A stretch of DNA of 60,500 nucleotides, counting the filler, from Sphacelaria rigidula (taxonomy: Eukaryota): assembly GCA_964200075.2 (NCBI GenBank). It is 10 parts of 10 records of this genome, joined end to end, with 100 filler letters (N's around TTAATTAATTAA, not from the genome) between each part and the next. Parts side by side here need not be neighbours in the genome. Positions count along the whole stretch, not along the records: positions 1 to 5,960 come from CAXNAA020023188.1; positions 6,061 to 12,020 come from CAXNAA020023189.1; positions 12,121 to 18,080 come from CAXNAA020023190.1; 7 more parts are not named here. The stretch is one strand, 5' to 3'. A model generated the notes under the pieces. That model did no database searches and was not told where the DNA came from. It worked only from the letters and a program-made list of their open reading frames with translations. Position numbers and translations under genes: made by a program. This document shows, piece by piece, positions 1 to 12,386 of this stretch (its first letter is position 1; each line of letters starts with the position of its first letter).

Positions 1-778
1 CCTCAACATAGATGATCGGCTGTTCAAAGTTGGTATGTAGAGCTATGTGTGCTTCATATCTTCACTGGATACGATGGCAAGATACAGTACAAGTGTGCCA
101 TCGCTCTCCACTGAACACAATTTACTGCATGCTGCTGATGCCTCTGCCTATAGTGCTCAACAACAACACTATAGACAGTTTGAAGCTATGCTGACAGCAT
201 ATATAATATGATGAGGGGTCAGGCCGGCGGCGTAGACCACGAACAGAGTACAAAACAAATTATTCGTACCCATGTAATGATATATGGTCGATTTCCCATG
301 ACAAAAATGAGTCGTGGGGGTATAGACAGTGAATTAGTCCAGCGTAGTCCACCCGCACCGGGAAAACGTGCTCAATTTGACGACCGTGGTTGGTCAGAAC
401 GGGCATCCACCGCCTCTCGAGCCTCTTGCAGAGCTCCTAACTTCCCGGGGGAAACTTTCAGATACACATGGTTGAGTTGGTGAGCTTTTCGGGTCCTCTG
501 CGGACAGACACCCCTTCCCTCAAAACCCACACCCCCGGGCTACTGGAAACCCTCGAATGTCCCCGGACTGTCAGCCTGAAAAACTGTTCGGAGGCGACGC
601 TCGCTGTCTAAGGCTTTAGAAATCTACTTTCACCTTTTGTCAGTCTCATTTTTTCGGGAAATCTCTTCTTGCCAGAAAAAAAGCCGAAGATTTCGAGGGG
701 GACAATGGGCCCGTTTCTAACAGGACGTAAACCGTTTCATTTGGCTCACATTGTTTGAGCGTGGTATTTTTCACATTG

Positions 779-959
779 AACGCGGGATTTTACGAATTGA
801 GGATGGATGGTTTCTTGAGGATGAACCTCGGGAACCTTCGTGAGCATCAAAATATTCCCGAAATAATATAAACGTGAACGGAAGCGCCGGCCGTGATGTG
901 TGACCTCGCTCATTACCAGAAGGCAAACAATCCATCCGCAATTTGTAAAATCCCGTGTC
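779..959. mobile_element. Short degenerate MITE, same TIR family as 4897-5340
   Basis: Left AACGCGGGATTTTACGAATTGAGGATGGAT; right ATCCATCCGCAATTTGTAAAATCCCGTGTC. Both match the ends of the 4897-5340 element. No clean TSD. Confidence 0.75.
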
Positions 960-1009
960 TTTTGATGGCGAACAATTTCGACCGCCGTTCATTTTCGAAC
1001 AGAAGAACT

Positions 1010-1305
1010 TTTCTCATACATCAGCAATAGTGTTTTCACACTGTGCCCCACAGCGGAGAGCGACTATGTCGTGGGCACACAGAATTCGAGGTCGACGATG
1101 AAAAGGGACTATTGAGCCCCTCTCGCGATAAAAAATAAAGACAAGCACCGCAGAAGGAAAGCGAGGTACTAAAAACAAATAAAAAACGAAAAAATCCTGT
1201 GTTGACCTTCCTCCTGTGTGACCCCGGCTGATGCGCCCACATATACCGATAGATAGGTGTAGACCGGCGCCCAGAAGAGATGGGACGACAACACACATAC
1301 AGACA
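1010..1305 (+). repeat. Interspersed repeat, probably a non-LTR retroelement/SINE 3' end with a (CA)n-like tail
   Basis: CCTCCTGTGTGACCCCGGCTG...GATGGGACGACAACACACA recurs in reverse complement at about 22215-22315. Confidence 0.6.
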
Positions 1306-2989
1306 CTGAAATAGCAAAAAAACGAATCCGAAACTCTCTATTAGCACGGAGCTTTACCAGAGTGCGGGTGGACTTGTTTTGAGAATGAGCGAGGCTACTC
1401 ATCACGCCCGAAGAGTGCATTTTGCTTTCGAGAGTATTTCGATTCTTTTTGAGGTTCCCAAGGGTCATGCTCAATTGATCAGTAATACACCCTCGATGCG
1501 TGAGATCCTGCGTCAAAGCCCTAACTGCAAATCGACGTTGTATGTCGGGATATCCAAGTCGGCCTCATAATATGTTGCTAACCAGAGGGAGTATTTACTT
1601 TTCCAAGCACATACTGGCGTGTTCCACATGATGGACGTGCGCGTAGCAGAGATCTCAGCTACTGAGAGATGCGTTACATTCTCAGCACCCAGGGGAAGCC
1701 ACGTGGAGGCGTCTCTGTTGTTCCCCCGCCCTAAATGTACTGGCCTTCCGCATGCATCTACTACAGCCTATCCGTACAATATTGTACAGTGCAACAATAT
1801 CGTACACGCCACGTCTACAGCCTACGTATGTTCTGTATTCTACGATGGTGTACCTCGTGTACTCTACGGGACACTACTCTATGTACTGGCGGTATCTAGA
1901 TCCGTTCGTTTTTTCTAGGAAACATCATAATACGCAACGCTATCCCCTACACAGCAGTAACTAACTGTACTCTTGCAACACAACACTCGCTAGTAGTGCC
2001 TCATCCCACAGTAAGCTACGCTACAGACGTACAGGCCGGTTCCGTGCAAAAGTTGGTCGTTCTCGCGGCGTGCAATCAGCAGTCACACCTGTGGCTCCAT
2101 TATCTCCATCTCCAGTCTCCAGCTCTACTGTATACTTCTCCAGCATGGCCCTCACCCCCCTTCTCCAGTGTGACTGCTGCACCGATACGCGTCCGGCTCT
2201 GCATTGGTCCATTCATGTCCATGCCCGCCCACCAATTTCTGGCTGCGCCTATCTTCAACCTCCCTCCCCCCATATCTTTTCCACTCGCATCCGCACTCCG
2301 CTAACCCTTTGGTTGACCCCCCAGGTGGATCACCTATTGCATGGGCCTTATATCCAGTTGAAAAATGGCCGCAAGACATACAGGTGAAGCACCCTGGCGG
2401 TCAAACGGGTAAAGGACCTACCCACTATTATACTACAGCAGACCACGCAGTCAGACGGCGCTGACTCCAGTGGTCCAGTGGGTAGTTCCTTATTACGAAT
2501 GCCTGAGAGTAATCATCGCCGTGCGCATTCTCTCAGGTGGGATGTTGCGCCTGCCTTTACGGGGAAGGCAGGACACACTCTACAGCATTGACTGCTCTCG
2601 AAGTGAGGCTAGCGAAGTCACAGCGATCTTGAAAATTGCGGCGGGATTAGCACAGTACGTACGTGTACGAGTCCGTCGTTTCCGAATCTCCGCAGTTACT
2701 GCGATATCCTGGACATTCGACTCGTTGTTCCAGACCCGCGATCGTTTTTTTTGTAGTCTCCGTCTCCTTGTAGTCGATCGTGAGCTGAGGACACCTCCGC
2801 CGTCCGGAGCTGGTATGCCGATCGTGAAGTGATCAATTCGGAAGGTATGTCTGATCATTTTACCTCTATTCGACATTCATGGTGATTATTTCGATATTTC
2901 TTTTCTAGTGCACCGTGGAAAGCGTGAGAACGTGAGTAAACAAAAGTAGTCGACTGGGTTTGTGTGACGTGAGTTGACGCGGTGCTAGA

Positions 2990-4895
2990 GTGCTGATCCA
3001 ATCCGCGAAAACACAATGAAGGGCACGTGCCGGGGGAGAGATGGGTTGTTCTCTCCACGTCTTGCGTGTGCACCCGTTTTCCCAGATTCAGTCAGGCCCC
3101 CACAGGGGTTGATAGCATCGGTACCATTTTGCCATATTGCGCAAGTTGGAGACAACGGTGCTGAGCGATTCTTGTCCTCGCTGTGTTTTTTCCTCGCTGA
3201 ATTTAGAATTATCGTTCTGTTGCTGTTGGAAACTACTCGGTGTAGCAGCATGGAAATTAGGTGTCACGCGGTCGGCTTTTCAGATCGGTTGGTCCTCCTC
3301 GCTCTTGTTTAGTTTTAACGGCACATCCCTTTCGCCGCCTTCTTCTGTTTTTTTGCCCTTTTTGTCGTCGTTGTCCTTGGTGCTGTTGCAGCATCAACCT
3401 CATGGGACTCGTAGGGCTGTTGGGAGGGGTGCTACAGTTGCGGGTCACTCACGAGAGGCAGCAGATCGGCAGGCGCTTCATATGAAATTTTGCGCTACTG
3501 CACGGCATGAGCGCGCGTTTTTTTCGCAGAAGAGGAGGAGCGGATAGAGCAGCATGACTAAACTGACAAAATGGCTTTGCTTGTGAAAACGTTTCCTTCT
3601 TTTCCACAGAAATAGCCGCCCGTACAGTGATCGGAAAACGTGATCCGTCAGAAGGGGAGAGGGGATGGTGGGGCGTGATGGTACTACGGTGGACTGATGC
3701 CGCGATAGCCCCTCCCCCCCCCGCAGGAAAGTGGCTAGTTTGTGGAGGCAAAATCTAAATGTGGATCAAAGTGGCAAACGCCGGGCACGCCGGGCAGACG
3801 GGAACCCCCGCGGTGGGGGTCGGGGTCGGTTTGTCACCCATATTGGGTGCTTCATGCCTCTGAAATCAGCGATCATGCGCTGTATGACCGTTGTCTTGAT
3901 GGAAGCTTTGAGGCTAGTTTGGGGCGCGGGTGTCGCGGCTAGTAATTCGTGCACTACCGAAGCTTGTCTTTGAAGTGTTCGCGAAAATGAACGGTGATGA
4001 GGCGGACGCGTAAAACTATGAAGGTGGTCAAGTACGTCAGGGGGCGTCTTGTTGAGTCTGTGTATTCATCGTTCTACTGTTCGTGGCAGCGTAGGAAGCA
4101 TACCCGGAACAGTTGGGGATTGTTTTTGGAATTATTCATCACGATAAACCTGAAAAAGTGTCGATGCTTTCCTAGCATTGTAAGTTCACCACCTAACGGT
4201 AGCTTGAACCGCATGAACAAACGGCGTCGTAACGCCAAGCTCATCGCGCGATCACAATCAGGTGGTCTCTAGTTGCGTCCAAGTACCGAAGTGCGTGAGA
4301 GATCGATCCCGTCCATATTTTGCTTGATGGAGTGACACACAAGCTGGGCCGCAAAATAGCCGTTAGTGAACGCGATTTCGAAAAACACAGATACGTTCTC
4401 GGTGGCTAGCGGCTACGGATTGTCTGTTTGCTCGTGGAAGATTGGGATCCATGCCAGGAAAGATTGCCAAAAATGGCCGAACGAAGAAATATCGACCCCG
4501 TTTTACACATTGTAGGAGACCAAACGCTCGACTTGTGCGTGGAAGTCGGAGTTTTTCGAGGTGAGAGTTTGAACGGTTTCCTCGCTCAGAGTTCAGTTGA
4601 GACCATATTTACGACCTATAGCGCGCATTGATGGTTTTAATGCTCCGGATATCGCCCTGGTGCGATGTTCATATCCGCTTCTCCGCCATTTTCGGTGTCT
4701 GTGGACATTTCGGATCACTGTCCCTATACATGGCCCCCGCCTCATGCACAACCCATGCAACAGTCTGAGACGTGGATTGCGGTGGATGCGGGTGCAACGC
4801 CCACGATGAAAATACTGCACCACTCTTGCGTGCAGTTCTACCTGTTCGCCGTTCTGCTGTTGATGCAGTTCTTCAAGGGGCTTGCGGGACATTAT
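2990..4895 (-). pseudogene. Decayed long reading frame of unknown protein (probably TE-derived)
   Basis: The frame of ORF 4593-4901 keeps protein-like composition through scattered stops to about 3960 (e.g. SFGHFWQSFLAWIPIF, VFFEIAFTNGYFAAQLVCH); a K/E/Q-rich stretch lies at about 3100-3420. No family recognised. Confidence 0.3.
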
Positions 4896-4896
4896 T

Positions 4897-5340
4897 AACA
4901 CGGGATCTTACAAATTGGGGATGGATCTTTTATTGGGGATGAGAAGCCCCGATAATTAAAATCTTCGTATCCACACGAAATCTTCGAAACATGGTTCTAT
5001 TTTTTCACCTACTGATAGCTATTGACAACTGCTACACGCCATAGAAATTTGGGTTTCGATAACGGAAATGTTGGGGTCCTAGGTGAAAAACCAATTTTGG
5101 GGAACTTCGGGTGTCCGAACGGACGCCAAAATGGTTCCGGAATTGATTTTTGGTCTAGGACCCCAGCATTTCGGTGGTCGAAATCCAAACTTCTATGGCG
5201 TGTAGCAGCTGTCAGTAGCTATCAGTAGGTGAAGAAACGGAACTATATTTCGAAGATTTGGTGTGGATACGAAGATTTAAATTCTCCGGGTTTCTCATCC
5301 CCAATAAAAGATCCATCCCCAATTTGTAAGATCCCGTGTT
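4897..5340. mobile_element. Foldback MITE (444 bp, almost entirely palindromic)
   Basis: Arms of about 185 bp: AACACGGGATCTTACAAATTGGGGATGGATC... and ...GATCCATCCCCAATTTGTAAGATCCCGTGTT. Flanks TATT/TATG, an imperfect 4-bp TSD. Confidence 0.9.
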
Positions 5341-5563
5341 TATGCTTGATGTCTAGCTGGGCTTTCAGACGATACTTTGCTGCTTGTATCTGTGCCCGTC
5401 GTGTGTTTGGTGTAGGATGTGTGTATGATGCGTGTGTGGCGTGCGTATGTGGTGGCTGTCTGTATGCCTGCCCGTCTGTCTATAATGGTGCCCCCCCAGG
5501 CCAATCAAATGAAGACAATCTCGCGCGTAGACGTCATTCCAACAATTGATATCAATGGGCAAT

Positions 5564-5841
5564 GGCCTAAGAAATGTATACCTTCTTGTTTTTGTCTAAG
5601 ATAGGTACGAAAAATGGCCAGAAACGCGAAAACAGCCAAACACGCCGTTTTGACCGTTTTCGCTCCGGAATTTTCACGCACATCATTCGGGGAGGGGCAT
5701 TGGCACCGGGGAGTGACTCGAAAAAAATCGGGTAAAACACATGTTATTCGAGAGATATGGCCACGCGAAAACGGACATTTCGCCTCCAGACACCGCTTAC
5801 CATTTGTAGGCCACATTTCGCCGAGGTATACCTAATCTAGG
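5564..5841. mobile_element. Probable MITE with short imperfect TIR
   Basis: GGCCTAAGAAATGTATACCT...AGGTATACCTAATCTAGG; the left end recurs in reverse complement at 30301-30363. Confidence 0.5.
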
Positions 5842-5960
5842 AATTCTTTTTCAGTCTTACCTTATCTGGGCCACCAATCGGCCGAGAACGTACCTCTGCT
5901 AGGTCATCGCTCTCTACACTGTACCAGGGATTCTACGCGCCAACTCCAACCATGGCGCCC

Positions 5961-6060
5961 NNNNNNNNNNNNNNNNNNNNNNNNNNNNNNNNNNNNNNNN
6001 NNNNTTAATTAATTAANNNNNNNNNNNNNNNNNNNNNNNNNNNNNNNNNNNNNNNNNNNN
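5961..6060. other. Artificial contig linker (44N-TTAATTAATTAA-44N); also at 12021-12120, 18081-18180, 24141-24240, 30201-30300, 36261-36360, 42321-42420, 48381-48480, 54441-54540
   Basis: Identical 100-bp spacer with stops in all six frames recurs every 6,060 bp; 10x5960 + 9x100 = 60500. Confidence 0.99.
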
Positions 6061-6135
6061 AACTGAAACGATTCATTCGCTGATTAACCGCTTTTCACTC
6101 TCAATCGTATCATCTAATCTCACGAAAACACTGTT
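6061..6135 (+). mobile_element. Right end of AACAACG-family MITE, truncated by contig start
   Basis: ATTCATTCGCTGATTAACCGCTTTTCACTCTCAATCGTATC...CTCACGAAAACACTGTT matches the right end of 17069-17368. Confidence 0.8.
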
Positions 6136-6347
6136 TACGGTACTATATCGTAGCACGACATTTCGTTTCCGCTGCAGTGTTTCTTGGACAGATTATCTGC
6201 AGCAGACCTCCAGTCAGTGAAGATAATGTTGAGCAGTGCAGTAGCACTGTACAGTGTACTATATTATTGCTGTGTAGTGAATGTGAACGAGAACAATTAC
6301 ACCGGCTTAAATCGCAATGCAAGTATCATACTGTATCATGATTTTTA

Positions 6348-6700
6348 GATTGATTATCTCACATTAGCTGATTGCAACAATCCAGCCCGTCGTCAGGAGC
6401 AGCAAAAAAAAGACAGAAAAATAAAAAATGGGAAGGAATAGGAAAAGACAGAAGCAACGGCCTCAGAGATGATCGAAGAAAGGAAGCAGGGATAACAAAA
6501 AACACCGACAACAACAACAAGCAACAAGCAACAAGCAACACAATAACAAAATAACAATAAACACAAACACGATTGATACAAGATGATCATCTCGCCTCAA
6601 GTAGCTGACTGCAACACTCCAGCTCGTGATCAGAAAAAAAAGGAGAAGAACGAAGGAAAAAAAAAGAAACCGTAAAATAAAGGAATATAGGAGCGAAATC
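6348..6700 (-). repeat. Non-LTR retroelement 3' tail(s) ending in an AATC repeat
   Basis: GATTGATTATCTCACATTAGCTGATTGCAACAATCCAGCCCGT is near-identical at about 20288-20346; a related tail with (AATC)n is at 29400-29463. Confidence 0.6.
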
Positions 6701-7499
6701 AACTGTTTTGGTCAGCGAGGAAAAGCCACGGAATCGCGAGAATCCAACCCTATAGATCACGTCATTCAGGTTTCTTTTCCCTTCACTTCATTATTTTCGT
6801 TTCTGCGCTCACTACTAATACCAAAAAAATTGAAACAAGAATAGTACGTCCTTGGAAGCGGTGGATGTTAGCAACCAGCAGCGAATAGTACCCCCCACCT
6901 CAAAAGTTGTGTACACGGTGATCACGAGATACACTGCGTCCAATCGGTCATGAACTGAAGCAGCGATGTCCCTTGATAAATGCATCATTTCAACGTTTTT
7001 CGTAAGGAATCGCTTCGAGCGTTCACGTAGATGACTGTTGCCCGACAACTATGTTACCAACAGTGGACTGGCGGCAGTGTGTGCCTCTGTAGGTGCTGTG
7101 GCATGCGTTGAAATGTTGCGCTAAAGCAAAAAACAGTCATGCCAATAGGATCAAGTCCAACGATTGTGATGCGCCAACAGTGGGAAACTTGCGCTTGCTT
7201 GACATTTCAATGTAGTCGATATTCACCTCACTTCTTCTGCGTATCCATGCTACAAGGAAGACTCAATGTGCAGTTTTTTCCCTCCCCGAAGTGTGCGGTT
7301 GTGGCACCAGTCTGGTGCAGTCAGTGTTGATGTTGTCCAGAGAGTCGTCCGTCGTGTTGGGATTTGTCTCTCCCAGGATGGTCGAAATTGCTTCGCCGCA
7401 CCGTAGCACAAACTGTCAACCGTGAAGGATCGGTTATTTTTATCATTCGATTCTGATGCTTCGTTTATGCGCCATCCTCGCCATGCACATGTACATCAG

Positions 7500-7547
7500 G
7501 ATGGTGAAAGCACTGGCGAATTTCAAGAGTTCGGAGGTCGCTACCGA
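7500..7547 (+). CDS. Possible upstream exon of the mucin-like gene (DGESTGEFQEFGGRYR)
   Basis: CAG acceptor at 7497-7499, 16 open codons, GTGTGT donor; phase 0 is compatible with the exon at 8302. Weak support. Confidence 0.3.
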
Positions 7548-8301
7548 GTGTGTGTACGATGCGGCAAAACCTCACCACAGCGATCGATGACATGCCCTTG
7601 AGAATTCCAACGAAGTCTTATGCATGCAGCGGGATCGTCAGGGTAAATTGACCGAAAACATCCAGTCTACCTGTGAAACAATTTCACCCCTTGCGTCTTG
7701 AAGATTCAGATAAATCTAGATTCCAAGCAAAACAAAGGCAAGCGCCTAGTCCCTCATGCGTCGAGCGTCGAGTGTTCGGCACTGCATACTATAGTTGAGA
7801 CAAAGCCCGAGTATTGCTGCCGCATTAGTACTGGAAATGCTGCAACATTGCGGATAAATGAACGTCATCACCGTGACATGCAACATGACTACAGTAACCG
7901 TGAGCCATCTTAGTACACTCAACTGCCTACCTGTAGCACAAGCTCTCCTGCGCACACGAGAAGTGCACCACAAAACATGGTGCTCAAAGACGCCTCTCGT
8001 GCGTATTTGCTCCGTCTTCCTCGATTGTCGCAACTTTGCCGTCGTGGACCTCTTCCTCCATCCCGTATACCCCTCAAGTGCGCAAGAATATGAGCATGTG
8101 TTTCGGTTGGCCTACCCGGAGCAATGCGGAAGTCAATCATTCACTCCAAGCACCTTCGACACTACATATGCATGTTGTCATGGCCGTATCAGCTCGCACG
8201 TGCATCTTTATTCCCTCTGATCTCCACTTGTTCCTACTCCGAAGTTCGGTCGATGTTTTTCCAACTTGCTTCCAAACTACATGCCTCTTTCCTCCCCGCA
8301 A

Positions 8302-9494
8302 TGCGTCAACCTCGAGCCAGGCGACGACTTGGAAACTGTCGTCACCTGCGGGTGCGAGGAGGACGGCGACGAGGAGACAACCCAGCCGGTTGAAACAACC
8401 GATACTTCGGTAACCGAGCCACCGGTAGAAGTAGAAACCGAGCCACCAGTAGAAGGAGAGACCGAGCCACCGGTAGAAGGAATAACCGAGCCACCAGTAG
8501 AAGTAGAGACCGAGCCACCGGCAGAAGGAACAACCGAGCCACCGGTAGAAGAAACAACCGAACCTCCGGCAGAAGAGACAACCGAATCGTCAGTAGAAGT
8601 AGAAACCGAGCCACCGGCAGAAGGAACAGCCGAACCAACCTCCACCGGCACCTCGGGAAGGGGGATTGAAATCACTGACGACGTCACGCCGTCACCTCAT
8701 ACGCACTCAGACGAGGAAGGACACACCGAAGCTCCTTCTGCCACCTCGGAGGAGGAGGGAGCCACACCGGCTCCCGCTTCTGTGATGCCCGAGGGAACCC
8801 CCGCCCCTGCTTCAGCCGTCGGCGCGATGACCGAAGCCCCCGCGGTGGTCCCAGGGGAAGAGGGTGAAGTGACCGCGGAGCCAACCCCCTCGGGTGTGTC
8901 GGAGGCGACGGAGGGACCTACTCCCGCGGCCGGCGACCTCGAAACCACGACCTCGACGTCCATGACGGAAGAGCGGGGGCTGCCTGGGAACACCACGACA
9001 ACCAGCGACGCAGAGGAAGGCGAAGAGTCCCACTCTCCTTCTCTAACGCCCAGCCCCGCGTCGGTCCCGACCCTGGGTCCCACCACCTCAACTATTATCA
9101 TGTTGGGCACTTCTGCGCCGACTTCGCACGACGCTCACGAAACGACAACGTCCAGTGCGACCGGAAGCGAGACTGGGACTGGAAGTGCGAGCGAGAGTGA
9201 GACCGGGAGCGAGACTGGGACTGGAAGTGCGAGCGAGAGTGAGACCGGGAGCGAGACTGGGACTGGAAGTGCGAGCGAAAGTGAGACCGGGAGTGAGAGT
9301 GAGACCGGGAGTGAAAGTGAAACTGGGACCGGGACGGGAGACCGAGGAATTGAGACGTCGTCCGAATTCACGCCAGCGCCGCTGGCCGAAGGGACAACCA
9401 GGGCGCCGTTGGCCGTTGGGGACACCACGGCACCTACCGCCGCTCCGAGCGTGTTATTCTTCGTCAACGGCGCCGCGACGCAGACACCCGGCAG
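8302..9494 (+). CDS. Large exon of a mucin-like Thr/Glu/Pro/Ser-rich surface protein
   Basis: Open frame with 8-aa TEPPVE(V/G/E)x repeats and 14-aa GSETGTGSASESET repeats; donor AG|GTGCAT at 9495. The 5' boundary is uncertain because the pyrimidine tract ends in CAA, not CAG. Confidence 0.8.
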
Positions 9495-10198
9495 GTGCAT
9501 ACTTTTCTTAATATATACCTTGAAAATATGACAAGACCTCCGCCGACACTTGTGAATTGGTCCTCTCTTCTTGTGGTATCAACATCGCCCTCCCCCCCTC
9601 CCCCGTATGCGCCTCATTGTACGTTCTTTAACGATGAGGGCTTTGTAGAGGTAAAGTTTTTCGCCGTCTAGCAGTTGAGAATTTTCTTGTATACCGTGAC
9701 ATATCTCTCGTGTGTTGGGTCGCCAACAGCCTCCGCAGAAAACGCGTTCGTTAAGCGAGGCTCTAGTAGCGCATTTCGGAGCTACATGTACCTGGAAAGG
9801 AGAGCAATGAGGTGGAGATTCGCAGCTGCGGGAAGCCTTTTTTTTCACGTTGTATACTGCACTAATATATGCACTTTTTCATTTCTTTCTCGCACCTGCC
9901 GCAGCTACCCGGAGGTTACAACCAACATCTTCAATGCATATATTTGAAGACAATTATGGCTTTGTTTGTCGTGATGCAGGTTGCCAACGAAGTGCAAGAG
10001 GTTCGAAGAGCTTCAACGCTGGATTTATCGTAGCATCCCGTTCCATTTTAATGTGTCGTCACATCTCACCTCCCGCCTTCTCCCTCTATTTCGCATCGCC
10101 CCTGCTCTACGCCTTTCGACTGCCCCTTGTCGTTTCGCCTCCAAAACCCAAACGGTCGTCGTGTGCTGGCGATATGATTCTCCTGGTGATCCGTGCAG

Positions 10199-10262
10199 TT
10201 TCGCCGTCACCATCGCTTGTGCCTTGTTGATGCCTCTGGTTGCACTCCTCGTTATGAGCTGA
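10199..10262 (+). CDS. Terminal exon encoding a hydrophobic GPI-signal-like tail
   Basis: TGCAG acceptor at 10194-10198; the phase-2 join gives ...NGAATQTPGS-FAVTIACALLMPLVALLVMS*. Confidence 0.75.
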
Positions 10263-10409
10263 CCGGTCGGAGCCTGAGCACAGCAGACCGAGAGTCTAAC
10301 AGGTGATGAAAACAGCACGAAAAACGCACCTGGACACTTGGATGTGTGTATATATATAAACGCACACACACTCACATATTTACTTTCGAAAGATGAACGT
10401 GAAGAACCC

Positions 10410-11950
10410 TCATTTTTCTAGGCCAGTAAAAACTCTCACGCAACCTCCGGGTATTCCAGTGTCCGTGCCCCCTGGTGTGCTCGGCATGCGGGTGTTGCGA
10501 ATGCCTGAAGTTGAACGGGTTACCTCTATGCAACGGAATGTCAATGTCACTAGCCTTGCACTATTTCTGGTGCTTGAGGAAAGCGCACCCGTAGACGGGC
10601 ATGTGCATCTCCCACTCGTAGGGGAACGCAACGCAGTACAACTGCCAGCGGGATAGCGTCGAAAAGGGATGAGTTGGCGGACCGTGGAGCTAGCTGATGC
10701 AGAGCCCATAAACAACGCACAAACCTGCTGCACTCACCGACTGCGAGGAATGAAACTGATTCAGGCACTACCAAAGTGAAAATAGTACCCTTGTTATATT
10801 GACCTTTACGGCACACGAGGCTTCGCCACAACCCGTAGACATGGCTAGACGGACACGTACAGGAGAAACCATACGTAAATGATCGATCGATGGGATGTTG
10901 ACTATACTCAACAGTTGGTGTGCAACACTTGACGGGCCAGGAGCTAACTTTCCGTTGCATGGTTTTTATTCTAATGTCCCACCCACAGTGACGTCTCGTC
11001 GAAGAGTTCATCACGACATAGGCTCTCTCTACTACTCGAGGTTCGTACGTACATGGACAATCTCAACCAGTCAGCAAACAGTGTGTATTCTTGAGCTGCC
11101 CGGCACTTGTTCTTTGCTTCAGTTGTTTTCCCCAAAACATCAGGCTACTCTAGTCTAGCTCCAACCATTTCTTCACCCCCTGCGTAAAGTATTTCACACA
11201 CATGGTTTGTTGTCCAGACGATAGACCTGTTGACTCACTGACCGCGATACGGGGAATACACCTTAACAACATACTGCAAGGGCTTCGAAGTACCGTTTCT
11301 CAGCATCTTGCCGTGGTGTGCGAGAACCTCTAAGCCTACTCGTCCGTATTCCGGCGGATGATGGGAAATGATTGCGCTACTCTTTCGCACTCTGTCTAGT
11401 GTCTTCACCGTACATGTAAATTCTGGACGGTAAAATTAAACCCGTGAATGAGCAGTCAGCGCTCCAGCCGCCGCTGCTGCTCGTGTAGCACGAGGTTGGT
11501 GGCCGGTATTAATCGAGGGTACTAGTAGAGTAGAAATTATCAATAGGTGTTGGGTTATGAGGTGTGGTCGTCACTGGCGGAGGACCATCAAAATCGTACA
11601 CGATTCCCTGGATTGAGCGAGTGGTTTCATGTCGAGGGACTAACCCACTGAAGTCAAGTGGTTTCTCCCCAAAGTGTACTGGACTAGCAACAAGTGTCCG
11701 CCCAATCGTAGGTGACGACGAATATGACACTCCTGTCCTTTATCGGTGGCCAGCATTTTTCACCCGTGAAAACCGCTGATGGTTTCCCCATGACACATGC
11801 TATTGTATATCCACTAGCAACCTGTAGATCATGGTTTGCTGAACACTCAATCTCGGCAGCTGCGGCGTCAACAATTTGATGGTGTCGTTTCCTCTGAGGC
11901 CGAATGTTACGGCACACAGATTTTTGGCCCACGGATTGTTCACTTTTGGG
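10410..11950 (-). mobile_element. Heavily decayed Ty3/gypsy pol remnant (RNase H to integrase zinc finger)
   Basis: H..H...WNTRRLRESFYWP near 10415-10500 resembles the gypsy integrase zinc-binding motif. IVDA...EKCW..(frameshift)..QECH at about 11720-11880 resembles gypsy RNase H. Domain order fits gypsy. Confidence 0.5.
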
Positions 11951-12138
11951 ACGTTTGATCCACTTTTTGATCCCCAATACAGGGAAAATCGCCAACACAC
12001 GTCTTGGACACTTTGCATCANNNNNNNNNNNNNNNNNNNNNNNNNNNNNNNNNNNNNNNNNNNNTTAATTAATTAANNNNNNNNNNNNNNNNNNNNNNNN
12101 NNNNNNNNNNNNNNNNNNNNCATAGATATATAACGCTC

Positions 12139-12386
12139 GACACTTTCTACGATAGCCCCCCCAAAAAACCAGCTAAAAGTGTCACGAAAATAGTGACCAT
12201 ACAGCGCCTGATGTTCGGGTTCAGGCTGCACGAAGCGCCTCATATTGGCAACATTGACTAGAACGAACCCAACCGTGGGATTAACCAGCTTCTCGTTGTG
12301 CTCGGCTTTTCCCATTTCGATTTACGTGAAGATTTTGCCTCCCAAAACCATGCACTTCTGGGGTGGGGGCTATCGTAGAAAGTGTC
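12139..12386 (+). mobile_element. GACAC-family MITE (248 bp), 4-bp TSD GCTC
   Basis: TIR GACACTTTCTACGATAGCCCC / GGGGCTATCGTAGAAAGTGTC; GCTC on both flanks; a paralogous host repeat at about 19700-19825 shows a single GCTC. Confidence 0.95.

Noticed and set aside
8277..9500. Antisense ORFs over the mucin-like exon (likewise over the gag-like ORFs and the 49595-51204 exon)
   Set aside because: Shadow frames of GC-rich repetitive coding sequence.
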